From: a virus
Strand: one strand, 5' to 3'
DNA: 64,000 nt
Virus record (IMG/VR): IMGVR_UViG_3300025853_008930
Span: 16,706 to 80,705 of that record
Positions within the stretch are counted from its first letter, which is position 1. Each line of letters opens with the position of its first letter. Shown here in pieces: positions 29,811-40,218 of this stretch. Under the pieces are notes generated by a model, which was not told where the DNA came from, made no database searches, and saw only the letters and a program-made list of their open reading frames with translations. A program made the position numbers and the translations under genes.

Positions 29811-30593
29811 CTACTGATATAGTTCTCTCTTTCTTCTTTGAATAATCTTATTTAGTTCTTCTTTGAGTTCCTTTCCATTTTTATATTTGGTTTCTATTAT
29901 CTCAACAATTTCACCAAATTTTCTCATAATGTCTTTATGTTCAGCACCCTCTCCCATATAAGCAACCATTTGAATTATGTCTGTTATAGCAAACCAATTC
30001 CTTCCTGTTCCTCTATCTAATTTACCTTGCATTTCATATATTGAATTTATAAAAACTTGCATCCATTCTTCCATTTCATTTAATGGAGTAAAACTTTTTT
30101 TTAATACCATCTGCCACTTTTTTATTCCATCAGCCGGTTTAATTCCCCAAGCCACATCTTTGCTCTCAACATATTCTGTTATTTTCTTAACTATATTTTC
30201 GGGAACAGAATCAAGTAGTTCTTTACTCTTATTTTCTATTTTCCAACCTATGCCCTCACTTGCCGCTATCCATCTTGGTTCGTTTACAAATGTAGCCAGT
30301 TGGGGTTTATCGCTAGAAATTTTCTTTTCTCTATAGGGAACTAAATCAGCCATATGACCCTTTGCAGAACCTTTAATGGATTTAGTTCCACCAATCATAA
30401 TATATTCGGGATGTTCGTTCCACCCTGTAGTGGATATAGTTTTATCATTATCATCAACTCTAATAATCCACTCATTCAAATCATACCAAGAAGGAACCTG
30501 CCCCATTCTAGCATAAGGTTCATTTGGGTTATCAGTATTCCACCTTTCTTTCATTTCTTCAAAAGAAAACACTTGGTCTAATACTCTTGGCAC
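29811..30593 (-). CDS. Two-domain hypothetical protein (possible GNAT-like N-terminus; internal KWQMVLKKS)
   Basis: Pattern impression only. Confidence 0.4.
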   Translation of the reverse strand: MPRVLDQVFSFEEMKERWNTDNPNEPYARMGQVPSWYDLNEWIIRVDDNDKTISTTGWNEHPEYIMIGGTKSIKGSAKGHMADLVPYREKKISSDKPQLATFVNEPRWIAASEGIGWKIENKSKELLDSVPENIVKKITEYVESKDVAWGIKPADGIKKWQMVLKKSFTPLNEMEEWMQVFINSIYEMQGKLDRGTGRNWFAITDIIQMVAYMGEGAEHKDIMRKFGEIVEIIETKYKNGKELKEELNKIIQRRKRELYQ

Positions 30594-30599
30594 AACAAA

Positions 30600-33056
30600 T
30601 CACCTAAAATTAGCCTTAATAAAATACACATGCTCGCTATTTATTCCGTATGCCTTACTAATACTGTCGAAAGAGTCAATCTCATTAACGATGCTAACTA
30701 GTTCACTAGCCGACATATCTACATTATATTTAGTTTCCATTTTCTGTAGCATAGCATCCACATCATCAAAGTCTTCTTCATTTCTCTTAGCAAAGAATAT
30801 TTCCTTTCCTTTGAGTATTCTCAAAGAATCGTGTGCTTCTAATATTCTACTGTAAATTGTAGACTTGGCTATCCTATCAACCTGTTTCAAGAACTCTAAA
30901 GTTTGCTTATACAATGATTCGTTTTCTGTTTCCAAAACCTTTTGTTTTTCTCTAAGAGTATCTATTAGAATCCTAATTGGTGTCATTTCATCAATGTCAT
31001 CAATGCCTCTACTCCTAAATGCGTCGGAGGTGTTTAATCCCATAAACTTGTCAAGTATCTTTTTACCCGATGACATTGATTCTAAGCCGCCAAAAATAGA
31101 TGCTACATCTTTTTTTATTTGTTGCTTTATGCTAGACTTACCCCGATATATTTCACTAAGAGCATTAACAAAACTCTCGGCTTTCTTTTCACTTTGTTTT
31201 GGATTTGTGAATATTTCACCGGAGTTTATTGACTTGAGGAAAGGCATAAGTTTTTTCAATCTTCTCGGTTTAATAAATCTACTTTGCGAATCAACAATTT
31301 TATCATTCATGGTTCGATAGGCTTGATATTTTTCTCCTGTTATTTGAGTAGAAACTATGATTCTCAAATGGCCATCTTTCGCAAATGGTAGTGCAACTCC
31401 TAATGTATTTTTGGAATGTATTGGCTCTAAAAATAATTCACCTACCATTTCCGATATTTCCTTGAAAAGAGTTTTCATATCTTCTGTTATTTCTTTTGAG
31501 GCTCTAACCATACCTCTTCTTCCCAATGTGGTTTTCATATACTTTTCATACGCTCTATGTTGAAAACCGGAATCCTTTACTCCTTTACCTGTCATATCCA
31601 AGTATGTTGTGAAGTCAAATAGGGTTTTTTCTTCTTCTAATAATTCAGCAAACAAACGCAAAAATTCCTGTATGTTTTCTCTTTTTTCGTTTGCCCTGCT
31701 GACTTCCGAACTATACCTTTCCCTTAGTGCAGGTTCTTTGAATATTTCAAAAGGTAAAGAAAAAGTAGTTTCGTCTAATTTGTCTATTGATTTAATTGTG
31801 GCCTTTAGTTTATTTAGGGTAGTTTGTGTATCTTCACCGTCTAGTATTTCTTTTACTTCGTCTTTAATGGATAAGAAAAACTCTTCCACCGTTTCTACAA
31901 AATTAACATCATTAAAAGTATCAACTATTCCATCCATTTCGTCTTTCAAATACAAAATAGCCAACGGGTCTAAATCTATATCTTCAAGAAGTGGCTTACT
32001 TTCAGTATTAGAAATAGTATCTTTAGCAGACATTATATCGCTAATCTCACGCATTTCTTTTTCTTCTCCTGTTTCGGAGTCTTGCACTTTATCATAAATT
32101 AATTCTATATCGGTTTCATCGGTTAATGCGCTCAACGCTCTAATTTCTGTGAGAAAGTTTGTTATTAGTTTATCTGCTCTTTCATATACATCTTCTAACT
32201 GATAGGTCTTTTTTGTTGAAGCAGATATATAATTTAAAGAGTCTTTATCAAATCCACCTATCAGTTCTACGAATGCTTTAGCGTCTTCGGCCAAAACTTC
32301 ATCTTTACTTTCTTGTAGTGGCTCAATCAACTTAGTTAATTCTAATATCTTTGCATGTAAGTCTGCAAACTTAGGAGACATATCTTCCCAAAACTGATAG
32401 ATGTCACCTCTTTTTGATATGTCTTTCAGTTTTTTATTTCCTAATAAGTAAGCAACATCAATATCTACAATTTTAAATTCAAAGAGACTCCTATCTTCAT
32501 AAGCACCTTCTATTTCATCTATAATCATCCCTACATTTTTAACAATGGTTTCGTCTTCTATTGTGTCTTTTACACCATTAAATTTATTCCTCATAATTTT
32601 AGTATCGAATAAGTCTTCGCCATCTTTATCCTTTAGATTTATTGAAGAAGAATCTATGCTTAAATTAGGATTTTCTAAATCTCTTTCTAACAAATTATTT
32701 CCGTCAGTTTTCTTAATTGTCCTTATGCCCCTACCTTTCTTGAACAATATCTCATCTTTAAAAACTTCAATTGCTGTCTGTAAGTCGGTGTTATCATCTT
32801 CCTCTACTACTCTTCTATCAGCAAGAGTTAGAGTTTTTGCTAGATTTTTCTTAACATACTCAAGAACTTCATTGTTTATATCTCTCTTTACTGCGAACTT
32901 AGCACCTTCGGGATATTTTATATTGGCTTTCTTTTTAATTAATTTTTTTAGTTCTTTGTCTCGTTGTTCTAAATTAGAATATTCTCTATATATGTCTAAG
33001 AATTCAGCCTTTATTTCTTGCAGGAAGCCTTCAGGGTTGTCTAGGTATTCCATCAT
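30600..33056 (-). CDS. Large acidic hypothetical protein
   Basis: 818 aa ORF. Confidence 0.55.
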   Translation of the reverse strand: MMEYLDNPEGFLQEIKAEFLDIYREYSNLEQRDKELKKLIKKKANIKYPEGAKFAVKRDINNEVLEYVKKNLAKTLTLADRRVVEEDDNTDLQTAIEVFKDEILFKKGRGIRTIKKTDGNNLLERDLENPNLSIDSSSINLKDKDGEDLFDTKIMRNKFNGVKDTIEDETIVKNVGMIIDEIEGAYEDRSLFEFKIVDIDVAYLLGNKKLKDISKRGDIYQFWEDMSPKFADLHAKILELTKLIEPLQESKDEVLAEDAKAFVELIGGFDKDSLNYISASTKKTYQLEDVYERADKLITNFLTEIRALSALTDETDIELIYDKVQDSETGEEKEMREISDIMSAKDTISNTESKPLLEDIDLDPLAILYLKDEMDGIVDTFNDVNFVETVEEFFLSIKDEVKEILDGEDTQTTLNKLKATIKSIDKLDETTFSLPFEIFKEPALRERYSSEVSRANEKRENIQEFLRLFAELLEEEKTLFDFTTYLDMTGKGVKDSGFQHRAYEKYMKTTLGRRGMVRASKEITEDMKTLFKEISEMVGELFLEPIHSKNTLGVALPFAKDGHLRIIVSTQITGEKYQAYRTMNDKIVDSQSRFIKPRRLKKLMPFLKSINSGEIFTNPKQSEKKAESFVNALSEIYRGKSSIKQQIKKDVASIFGGLESMSSGKKILDKFMGLNTSDAFRSRGIDDIDEMTPIRILIDTLREKQKVLETENESLYKQTLEFLKQVDRIAKSTIYSRILEAHDSLRILKGKEIFFAKRNEEDFDDVDAMLQKMETKYNVDMSASELVSIVNEIDSFDSISKAYGINSEHVYFIKANFR

Positions 33057-35374
33057 TTCTCCTCCTTGAATAGTTTTCCGTCTATCATTTGTCTTAGCAA
33101 ATTCTCATCGTAGTATAATGTCTTATAGTTCTCCGGCCTATTTGCTATGTCTTCTAATTTCTTCTTTAAAGATTTCTTAAACAACTCTCTTATTTTGTTT
33201 AAATCTTCATTGACTTTATTGGCGAGTTCTTCTATGGCTTCTTTAAGAGATTCATTTTCTAGTGAAAGATTCTCTCTAGCAATATCGCCAACTATCTCTT
33301 TCAAAGGTTTATCTGCTTCAACAACTATTTCGTTTTCGTCGGCATCTAAGTCTTTCACTTGCACTTTCTTTTTGTATTCAGCCGCAGGGAATAAAAGTTC
33401 TGCTGTGTATAGGGCGACAGCAAAGGCTTGAGACTTATCCATTTTTTTAGACAATAAATTTTCTATATTCGTTTTTGATATAACTTTGCCTAATGTTTGG
33501 TTTTTAGGCAAGGAAACTAATAATTCATAAAACGCTTTGGCGATTTCGCTAGAAAAATCATCGGCTGTTATTGGTTCTAAGTCTTCTAGTTCATCAATAA
33601 ATTCACCTAGTTTTTCATCATCTTCATCCCAAGATTCCTCTTCTGTCATTGTCTCTCTTACAAGAGGTTCTAGTGTTTTAATGAAGTTTCCTAACTCTTT
33701 ATTTGTTGTAATATATTTATTTCCTGCTCTTATCAAATATTTACTCTTATCATCTGTATTTTGAGTATCTAGGTTTTGAGTTCTAAACTTCCCATAAAGG
33801 TCTGCAAAGGTATCATCCTCCAAATTTTCTTTGCTGAATAGCCATTTTATCACTTCTGCATCAAACTCTTCAAAGTTTTCATCTCCGACCAATTCATTGT
33901 ATTCTTTTTCTGTTTCTGCTAATTGTTTATCGTCTAATTGAGACATGCTGATGCCTAGTTTTCTAGCGGCTGTCGCTTTAGCAGAATCTAAAGAATATTT
34001 TGCGGTTCTTTTTGATAGTCCTTTACTTGCTTCAAAAAAAGCATCCGAACCGCTAGTAGTTAGCAATTGTTCAAAAAATGGGTGAATTTCTAACTTTCTT
34101 GCTCCTCTAGCACCTTTTTGAAACATAAGATTATCAATTTTTTCATTATTTATCTTGAAAAGTAAAGGAGTTTTGTCCAATTGTCGCTTTGCTCTCTTTT
34201 CTCCACGAACTTTTATGCCAAATTGCATTTTGCTTGCTCCTAAAACATTCAAATATGTCTCTACTTGTTTTTCTCCGACATTTTCAGCAATCAACTTAGT
34301 CAATTCGGCATCTTCCATAGCATATCCGCCAATTTTTGTTTTATTTTGCAGTTTTTCATCTGAACTCACTAATAATTCATATAATTCGGGATAATCAACA
34401 TAAAAAAGTATTCTTGCTTTACGATTTGCTTTCATTTTAGCGGCTCTTTGTGAATATTCAGCCGGTTTTATGTCTTTTTCTGCTATATCCTTGAATGATT
34501 TTTCGCCACCACGAATAATTCTTTTCTTTGTCCTTGCTTCAGCCGTAAATCCTTCTCTAAATGTCAAACGAACACCATCTTTATCAACAAATTTAGATAA
34601 AAATTCTTCTTGTTCAATTTTTTTCCTTACGGGGATGTCTACAACCTTACCATAAAGCGTAAGATTTTCTTTTATCTTGTTTTTTGACTTAAATTTGTTG
34701 CTATTCGCTGTAAATTTTTTGAAATCCCCTACCTTTTTAGCATAAACTATGCCTTCAATGTTCTCAATTCCAATCACAATCAAGGCTTTATTGAAAATAA
34801 CACGGTCTTTAAAAAAATCTTGAACACTTACATTACTATCCTTGATACTGTTTTTCAAAATAGTAGTTAATTTTTTTAGATTTTGCTGTCCTATTACCTT
34901 TCTTAGTCTATCTTTGCCTCCACCGGACAAATTTTTCCTTTGTTCTTCTAGTGAATTTCTCAAGTCTTGTAGTTGGTTTGAATTTAGCGTTTCTAAATTA
35001 GCATATTTGTTTATTTTTTCTATAAAACTTAAAGATTTTATTTCTCTTTCTTCAGGTTTATCTTTACTATAATCTCTTTTAGTGGCCATGTGTTTTTCCA
35101 TAACCTTTGTGAATCTTTCGTGAACTTCCTCTAGCCTGTCTTTGTATTTTCTGTATGCCTCATTGAAATTCCTACGAAAAATATTTTTAAATTCTGTAAC
35201 ATTTGAGTAAAAATATTCTACTGAACCGGAAGAGGTGGTTTTTCCAAACTTAGACAGAACTTCTCTTTTAGCATCCTTTTTGTTTTCTGTTTTCTTATTA
35301 GAAAGCATGTCTTGATAAGTAGAATCACCCATCAAAAAATCCCAAAAGAAAGAAGCAGGAAAAGGAAATACCAC
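33053..35374 (-). CDS. Large K/E-rich hypothetical protein
   Basis: 773 aa ORF. Confidence 0.55.
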   Translation of the reverse strand: MVFPFPASFFWDFLMGDSTYQDMLSNKKTENKKDAKREVLSKFGKTTSSGSVEYFYSNVTEFKNIFRRNFNEAYRKYKDRLEEVHERFTKVMEKHMATKRDYSKDKPEEREIKSLSFIEKINKYANLETLNSNQLQDLRNSLEEQRKNLSGGGKDRLRKVIGQQNLKKLTTILKNSIKDSNVSVQDFFKDRVIFNKALIVIGIENIEGIVYAKKVGDFKKFTANSNKFKSKNKIKENLTLYGKVVDIPVRKKIEQEEFLSKFVDKDGVRLTFREGFTAEARTKKRIIRGGEKSFKDIAEKDIKPAEYSQRAAKMKANRKARILFYVDYPELYELLVSSDEKLQNKTKIGGYAMEDAELTKLIAENVGEKQVETYLNVLGASKMQFGIKVRGEKRAKRQLDKTPLLFKINNEKIDNLMFQKGARGARKLEIHPFFEQLLTTSGSDAFFEASKGLSKRTAKYSLDSAKATAARKLGISMSQLDDKQLAETEKEYNELVGDENFEEFDAEVIKWLFSKENLEDDTFADLYGKFRTQNLDTQNTDDKSKYLIRAGNKYITTNKELGNFIKTLEPLVRETMTEEESWDEDDEKLGEFIDELEDLEPITADDFSSEIAKAFYELLVSLPKNQTLGKVISKTNIENLLSKKMDKSQAFAVALYTAELLFPAAEYKKKVQVKDLDADENEIVVEADKPLKEIVGDIARENLSLENESLKEAIEELANKVNEDLNKIRELFKKSLKKKLEDIANRPENYKTLYYDENLLRQMIDGKLFKEEK

Positions 35375-35382
35375 TAAACCAC

Positions 35383-35526
35383 CTACTTCATAGCATATCT
35401 TTCTATTTCATCTATCGCTGTCTTAACATACTTAGGGGCTGACTTCATACTATCTCTTAGTGTTGCTAAGGCTTGAGCAATCATAGCCTCATCTATATCT
35501 TCTTTAATTATATCTTGCCAATTCAT
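35383..35526 (-). CDS. 47-aa W-tag protein (MNWQDIIKED...), missing from the ORF track
   Basis: Hand-translated; GGTGA SD upstream. Confidence 0.65.
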   Translation of the reverse strand: MNWQDIIKEDIDEAMIAQALATLRDSMKSAPKYVKTAIDEIERYAMK

Positions 35527-35535
35527 TGTAATCAC

Positions 35536-35976
35536 CTAATATGAGCCTTGCCAATCAATGTCTCCTCTATACTCGAATTGGTTTTTATCTTTTTGATTTT
35601 TCATATCAATGTAAACTGTAACACTCGAAACATTAAAACTAGGGCTTTCGTATGAGTCGGGCATATGATTATCTAATTTATCTGCATCAAACTCTACATC
35701 ATATTCAGTTTCGTCTTGCTCAAATGTATCTGTCTCTACAACATAATTAAAGTTTAGACGGACTTTACTCGCATAAGACCCAACACCCTTTACTCCCCAA
35801 CTTCTAAGTTCAACATCAAATCTTCCGTCTACATATCCAGTTGCATTGTCAATGTATGAGTCATTTTTTTCTTCGGGAGCATTTTCTAAAAAAACACTTA
35901 GCATTCTGCCATCTATTTCCCAAGTAATGTCTGCCATTTTTTTAATATCTTCTTTTACTATATCTTTCCAACTCAT
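35536..35976 (-). CDS. W-tag acidic beta-rich protein (MSWKDIVKED)
   Basis: ORF track; motif. Confidence 0.6.
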   Translation of the reverse strand: MSWKDIVKEDIKKMADITWEIDGRMLSVFLENAPEEKNDSYIDNATGYVDGRFDVELRSWGVKGVGSYASKVRLNFNYVVETDTFEQDETEYDVEFDADKLDNHMPDSYESPSFNVSSVTVYIDMKNQKDKNQFEYRGDIDWQGSY

Positions 35977-36629
35977 TGTAATTTCTCCTGCATTCTTTTC
36001 TTAATGTCTAACCAAATTTCGGGATTGTTTTCAGCAAGCACTTCTTGGACAATTTGCATCTGTGCAAATATAATTGTGTCCTGTCTCTTATGTATAAGTT
36101 TGCCCTTAAACTCCATAAGATATTTTAGCGACTCCCTAACTTCTTTCGCAAGTTTAGTTAGGCTATCTATTTCTCTAGGTTCTAAATCAACTGCACCGAA
36201 CAAGTCATCTAACTTGCTATCCAGTCTTTGTATGTTATTACTTAGCAAATCAATCTCATTAACTTCTTTCTTTGCTATTATTACTGCGGCTGACTCTTGA
36301 ACAATCGGTGCTAGATGGTGTTTCATGTGTCGTTGCACTTGTTCCTTTGTAGTGTCTAATGCTTCGGCAATTGCTTCAGCACTTATTTCACCATTGGCTA
36401 AGTTTTCTTCGTAGTGCTTTCTCATTGGGTCTGTGCATAATACACACTTAGGATTACTACTATTGACATAATCTCCCATGTGATTTCTTTGGTGTTGTGC
36501 CGCAGTTCCACTTCTCCAATCGTGTCTTGAATCTAAATCATCACAAGAAACCTCACCGGCTTCCAACATTCTTTCAAGTTCTTCTCTATCTTCATGTTGG
36601 CAAAAGCCACAACGCTTTCTTGTTACCAT
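35973..36629 (-). CDS. Zn/HTH protein, candidate terminase small subunit
   Basis: Two CxxC...HxxxH units with HTH-like helices, then a coiled coil. Confidence 0.45.
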   Translation of the reverse strand: MVTRKRCGFCQHEDREELERMLEAGEVSCDDLDSRHDWRSGTAAQHQRNHMGDYVNSSNPKCVLCTDPMRKHYEENLANGEISAEAIAEALDTTKEQVQRHMKHHLAPIVQESAAVIIAKKEVNEIDLLSNNIQRLDSKLDDLFGAVDLEPREIDSLTKLAKEVRESLKYLMEFKGKLIHKRQDTIIFAQMQIVQEVLAENNPEIWLDIKKRMQEKLQ

Positions 36630-36643
36630 TTTAAATCACCTCA

Positions 36644-37012
36644 TCACTTGTAGAACTTGAAGGAAATCAAAGGTTCATTATCAAATTCTTCACTATCAAT
36701 AAAAACACTTTCCGGTTCTAAATCTCCTAAGAATCCATGTTTTACATTTTGGAAATCTATACCTAAAATTTGTATTAGATAGCCCTCCATATTTGTAAAT
36801 TCAAATGGTTCAAAACCATCTTTAAATTCTACTTTGTGAACTTCTAATGCCATAGCAATAGTTTCGCTACTTCTATCAATATCCAAACTCCATGTAACAA
36901 AACATTTCTGTCCATCTTGGTCTTTGTATTTTTTACTATCTTTAGACATTACTCTACATTCAGTCGTCAGTTTATCTTGCTTTTTCAGTTCGTCTTTCCA
37001 CATTTTAAACAC
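36644..37012 (-). CDS. W-tag protein (MWKDELKK)
   Basis: ORF track; motif. Confidence 0.55.
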   Translation of the reverse strand: MFKMWKDELKKQDKLTTECRVMSKDSKKYKDQDGQKCFVTWSLDIDRSSETIAMALEVHKVEFKDGFEPFEFTNMEGYLIQILGIDFQNVKHGFLGDLEPESVFIDSEEFDNEPLISFKFYK

Positions 37013-37331
37013 CTAATTTTTTCTCCATACTTTCGACGAACTTTCTTAAAGAGGCAATTAGATTATCTATTTGCCTTATAGGAATATTATCATCAATAAA
37101 TCTATCTAGTCTTTTATTTTCTTTCTTTTCCATCAAGTCTTCTTTGTAGTCCAAAAGAGACTCTATCATGCTCTCGGCTCTTGTAATTACTGAACCCTTT
37201 TCTGCTCTTAGCATGTCTTCGTGCATACTTGACATATTTTGCCTAAAGGCATCAAACTTGTCTTCTTTTAGTATGTTCTTCCACATTTTATCAACTCCAT
37301 AAATATTCATGCCATGACTTTTGTATATCAT
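37005..37331 (-). CDS. W-tag protein (internal start MWKNILKED)
   Basis: ORF track; motif. Confidence 0.55.
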   Translation of the reverse strand: MIYKSHGMNIYGVDKMWKNILKEDKFDAFRQNMSSMHEDMLRAEKGSVITRAESMIESLLDYKEDLMEKKENKRLDRFIDDNIPIRQIDNLIASLRKFVESMEKKLGV

Positions 37332-38418
37332 CCTGTGGAACTTTTAATCCTTTTAGATTTAGATGTTCGCCCCACGCTAACTTCTTTGATTTACCCTTTC
37401 CAACAACCGCTACAATCAGTGATGACATAGCAGTTGCTTGAAAGGGCTTTAATGAAAATGTTTTGATTTGACCCGCAGGTGGTTCTATACCTGCTATCTT
37501 TGAAAGTGCTTCTTTACTTGTCTTTTTGTTATCCAATGTAAACTTCATACCCGAAAAAGTGCTTGCCATTTCTACCAACTTAGGTATTCCATTTTCTTTA
37601 AACAAGGCTTTTCTTTTTAGCAATCCCAATACATGCTTTCTAACAGGTGGGAAAATTGCCAACTTAGAAGGTAATTTAACTTGTAAGTGCATATTTTCTA
37701 TTGCTTTATTTGATTCTGCTAAAGCAATCTTCAATATATCTTTTAATCCAACTTTGATTAAATCACCTCTACCAAAAAGTGCTTGAGCCAAAGGTGGATT
37801 AGCAGTATTTGGTGTATCGCTATACCATGTCGGAGGTGCTTTCTTTCCATATTTTTTCTTATACCATTCATTTGCATAGTGGCCAAAAACCTTGTCTTTT
37901 TCTTTACCTATGGCATTACCATCAGCATCCGACTTTGCAGGAAAATTAAATACAGTATTTCTAGGATTTAATGTGCTTGTTGCTTCTTCAAATCCTTCAA
38001 TGGCTTCTTGAAATTCTTGTAGTTTTTTTACATGGCTTACTAACAGAATCTTATCTTCTTTGAATTCTTCCATAAATTCTTCTATGTCATCTAATAGAGT
38101 AAATGCTCCTGTGCTTCCCCTATTTGGCGACCTATCCCTTCTATATCCGCTAGTTACATGCTCTTTCAATTGTAAATATAGATTAGCAGGGTGAGGCTGT
38201 CCACTCTTAGTATCTATTTGTCCAACCTTCTTTCCCTCTCTAGGTTTTCTAATTCTTCTACCTTCACTAAGTAATTTTTTTCTACCTATACCTTCACACT
38301 TCTTAACCCAAGCCTCATACTCATCAATAAACTTGAATGAGCCTCTAACTTCAATATCGGTGCTTCCAACCCTAATCACGGACTTTTTCTTTTCGTCTTT
38401 TCTTACCACGCTTTCCAC
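37291..38418 (-). CDS. Basic hypothetical protein ending IQKSWHEYLWS
   Basis: 375 aa ORF. Confidence 0.55.
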   Translation of the reverse strand: MESVVRKDEKKKSVIRVGSTDIEVRGSFKFIDEYEAWVKKCEGIGRKKLLSEGRRIRKPREGKKVGQIDTKSGQPHPANLYLQLKEHVTSGYRRDRSPNRGSTGAFTLLDDIEEFMEEFKEDKILLVSHVKKLQEFQEAIEGFEEATSTLNPRNTVFNFPAKSDADGNAIGKEKDKVFGHYANEWYKKKYGKKAPPTWYSDTPNTANPPLAQALFGRGDLIKVGLKDILKIALAESNKAIENMHLQVKLPSKLAIFPPVRKHVLGLLKRKALFKENGIPKLVEMASTFSGMKFTLDNKKTSKEALSKIAGIEPPAGQIKTFSLKPFQATAMSSLIVAVVGKGKSKKLAWGEHLNLKGLKVPQDDIQKSWHEYLWS

Positions 38419-38767
38419 CTCCGTATTCTATATTGAATAATTCAGGATTAGCCCCATGACCACCAAAAGAAACGCCTCCGGCTTCTTTTTCAAAAGTATC
38501 ACTAGTGTTTTCTACAATGTCGTTGAACTCTTCCATGAAACTATTAAATTGTTTTTTCATAGATTTGGCTAATGCTTCCTCATCTAATATTTCATCGTAT
38601 GGGTCTGTGTGTAAGTAGCCCAAATAGTCACTCAAACCCATAAAATTACCGCTATCAAACTCAAGTAAACCTAATAGAGCCTTATGGTGTTTTTCTAAAG
38701 CCCTTTTGAGTTTGACAGCAACCTCCTCAAGTTCTTGGTTGCGCTTCAATACTTCTTCCCAACTCAT
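38372..38767 (-). CDS. W-tag protein (MSWEEVLKR)
   Basis: ORF track; motif. Confidence 0.55.
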   Translation of the reverse strand: MSWEEVLKRNQELEEVAVKLKRALEKHHKALLGLLEFDSGNFMGLSDYLGYLHTDPYDEILDEEALAKSMKKQFNSFMEEFNDIVENTSDTFEKEAGGVSFGGHGANPELFNIEYGGGKRGKKRRKEKVRD

Positions 38768-38779
38768 GTCAAACCCTCT

Positions 38780-39079
38780 TTAATCATCTAAAGCAATAGA
38801 CATGATTTTTTCTATCTCTTTTTCGAGTCCTTTTATTGTTCTATTCATTGACTCTCTTTTTTCAGCATCAAAATCTTTACTCATCGTTTGTAATTCCTTG
38901 ATTGTTTTCTTTAGTTCATCTACTCTTTTCAAAAAGTAACTCATGTCTCTTTTCTCTTGGCCTCTAACCGCTTTGCCCTTTAGTCTTCTTCTTTCCAAAG
39001 CCCTTTGCTTTCTTCTGCGAATTCTATCTTTCTCTCGTTCAAAACGACTATCTTCTTTAATTATGTTTTCCCAGTTCAT
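38780..39079 (-). CDS. W-tag coiled-coil protein (MNWENIIKED)
   Basis: ORF track; motif. Confidence 0.6.
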   Translation of the reverse strand: MNWENIIKEDSRFEREKDRIRRRKQRALERRRLKGKAVRGQEKRDMSYFLKRVDELKKTIKELQTMSKDFDAEKRESMNRTIKGLEKEIEKIMSIALDD

Positions 39080-39080
39080 A

Positions 39081-39308
39081 TCAAGCCCTCGCTAAACTTC
39101 CAAGTATTCTCTTAATGCTATCCATAGTAGTCTTATGCAATCTATGATATTCTCCGGCAATGTCTTCAAACTCTTCAGCATCAATCATTTCTTCACCTTG
39201 ATACTGTCTAACAATTTCATCCAACTCTTTCAAAACATCCCTTTGTCTGCCAAAGTTATCAATGGCATTTTGCGTGGTGTTACGCTTTAGAATACTTTGC
39301 CATGCCAT
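39081..39308 (-). CDS. W-tag protein (MAWQSILKR)
   Basis: ORF track; motif. Confidence 0.6.
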   Translation of the reverse strand: MAWQSILKRNTTQNAIDNFGRQRDVLKELDEIVRQYQGEEMIDAEEFEDIAGEYHRLHKTTMDSIKRILGSLARA

Positions 39309-39310
39309 AA

Positions 39311-39760
39311 TTAACTCTCCATCGCATTCTTATCTTGGAAACCCCTACTAAATCCCTGCTCAAAGTCTATTCGCTTAACTTCTTTAACCGCACTAGTAGT
39401 AGGGTCGTCTTTTATTTCTTTAAATCTCATAATAGCCAAATCTACAAAAGATTCTATTCCTTCGGGAGTCAATCGCATTATAGTATCATTTTTTGGACTG
39501 TTGCCCCCGAAAAGGTCTACTGTTACAAAGGGCGTATCATCTTCCCCTGTGTCAATAAAAGCAATTTCATATGCCTTATATGAATGAGGGTCTTGTAATT
39601 TGCCGTGAGGAATTGACCCTAATCTATCTCCTGCTACCACGCTTAATTCTAAATCGGGTGCAATTTCAGTTCTTGAGTGATAGCCTCTCCTGTCATTATA
39701 CGGCTTAAACTCAATATCTTGGAATCTAAATTGTTTCTTAAGAATATCTTGCCAAGTCAT
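39311..39760 (-). CDS. W-tag protein (MTWQDILKK)
   Basis: ORF track; motif. Confidence 0.6.
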   Translation of the reverse strand: MTWQDILKKQFRFQDIEFKPYNDRRGYHSRTEIAPDLELSVVAGDRLGSIPHGKLQDPHSYKAYEIAFIDTGEDDTPFVTVDLFGGNSPKNDTIMRLTPEGIESFVDLAIMRFKEIKDDPTTSAVKEVKRIDFEQGFSRGFQDKNAMES

Positions 39761-40113
39761 TTCTTACCCACCTGTCTGCCTTCTCCTGAAAATGGATTAT
39801 ATGGAATATTTCTCGCTTTTCTTCTAGCCCTCATAGGCATTGAGTTAGTTTTATTACCTGCCATTCCAAACCCTACCTTTTTTCCTTTTCTTTGCTTAGT
39901 TTTACCCTTTGGTTGTGGTTGTCCAAAACTAGGTGAATCTGTTACATTACCAAACTCTTCTTCTAGTTCTTGCATTTCTGCATCTCTAACCTTTTTAGAA
40001 CTTCGTCGTTCAACCCCAAGTTTCTTTTTTTGACGGTCATCTATTTTCCTTTCTATTGCTCTCAACCTACCTTCGGTAAAATATGGCTTTTTTAGTATAT
40101 CTTGCCAAGTCAT
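39757..40113 (-). CDS. W-tag basic protein (MTWQDILKK)
   Basis: ORF track; motif. Confidence 0.6.
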   Translation of the reverse strand: MTWQDILKKPYFTEGRLRAIERKIDDRQKKKLGVERRSSKKVRDAEMQELEEEFGNVTDSPSFGQPQPKGKTKQRKGKKVGFGMAGNKTNSMPMRARRKARNIPYNPFSGEGRQVGKK

Positions 40114-40217
40114 TTCTTACCACCTGTAACAAAACACTTCTTTGACTTTGCCTCTTTCTCATCAACTTCTTTTGACTTTGCATCAAACCACTTATCGAGA
40201 TAACTACACCTTGTCAT
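40110..40217 (-). CDS. 35-aa microprotein (MTRCSYLDKWFDAKSK...)
   Basis: Hand-translated; same GGTGAATAATATGACA start context as its neighbours. Confidence 0.5.
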   Translation of the reverse strand: MTRCSYLDKWFDAKSKEVDEKEAKSKKCFVTGGKK

Positions 40218-40218
40218 A

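Noticed and set aside
67-40033. Numerous plus-strand ORFs of 60-170 aa rich in S/F/L
   Set aside because: They are antisense shadows of K/E-rich minus-strand genes
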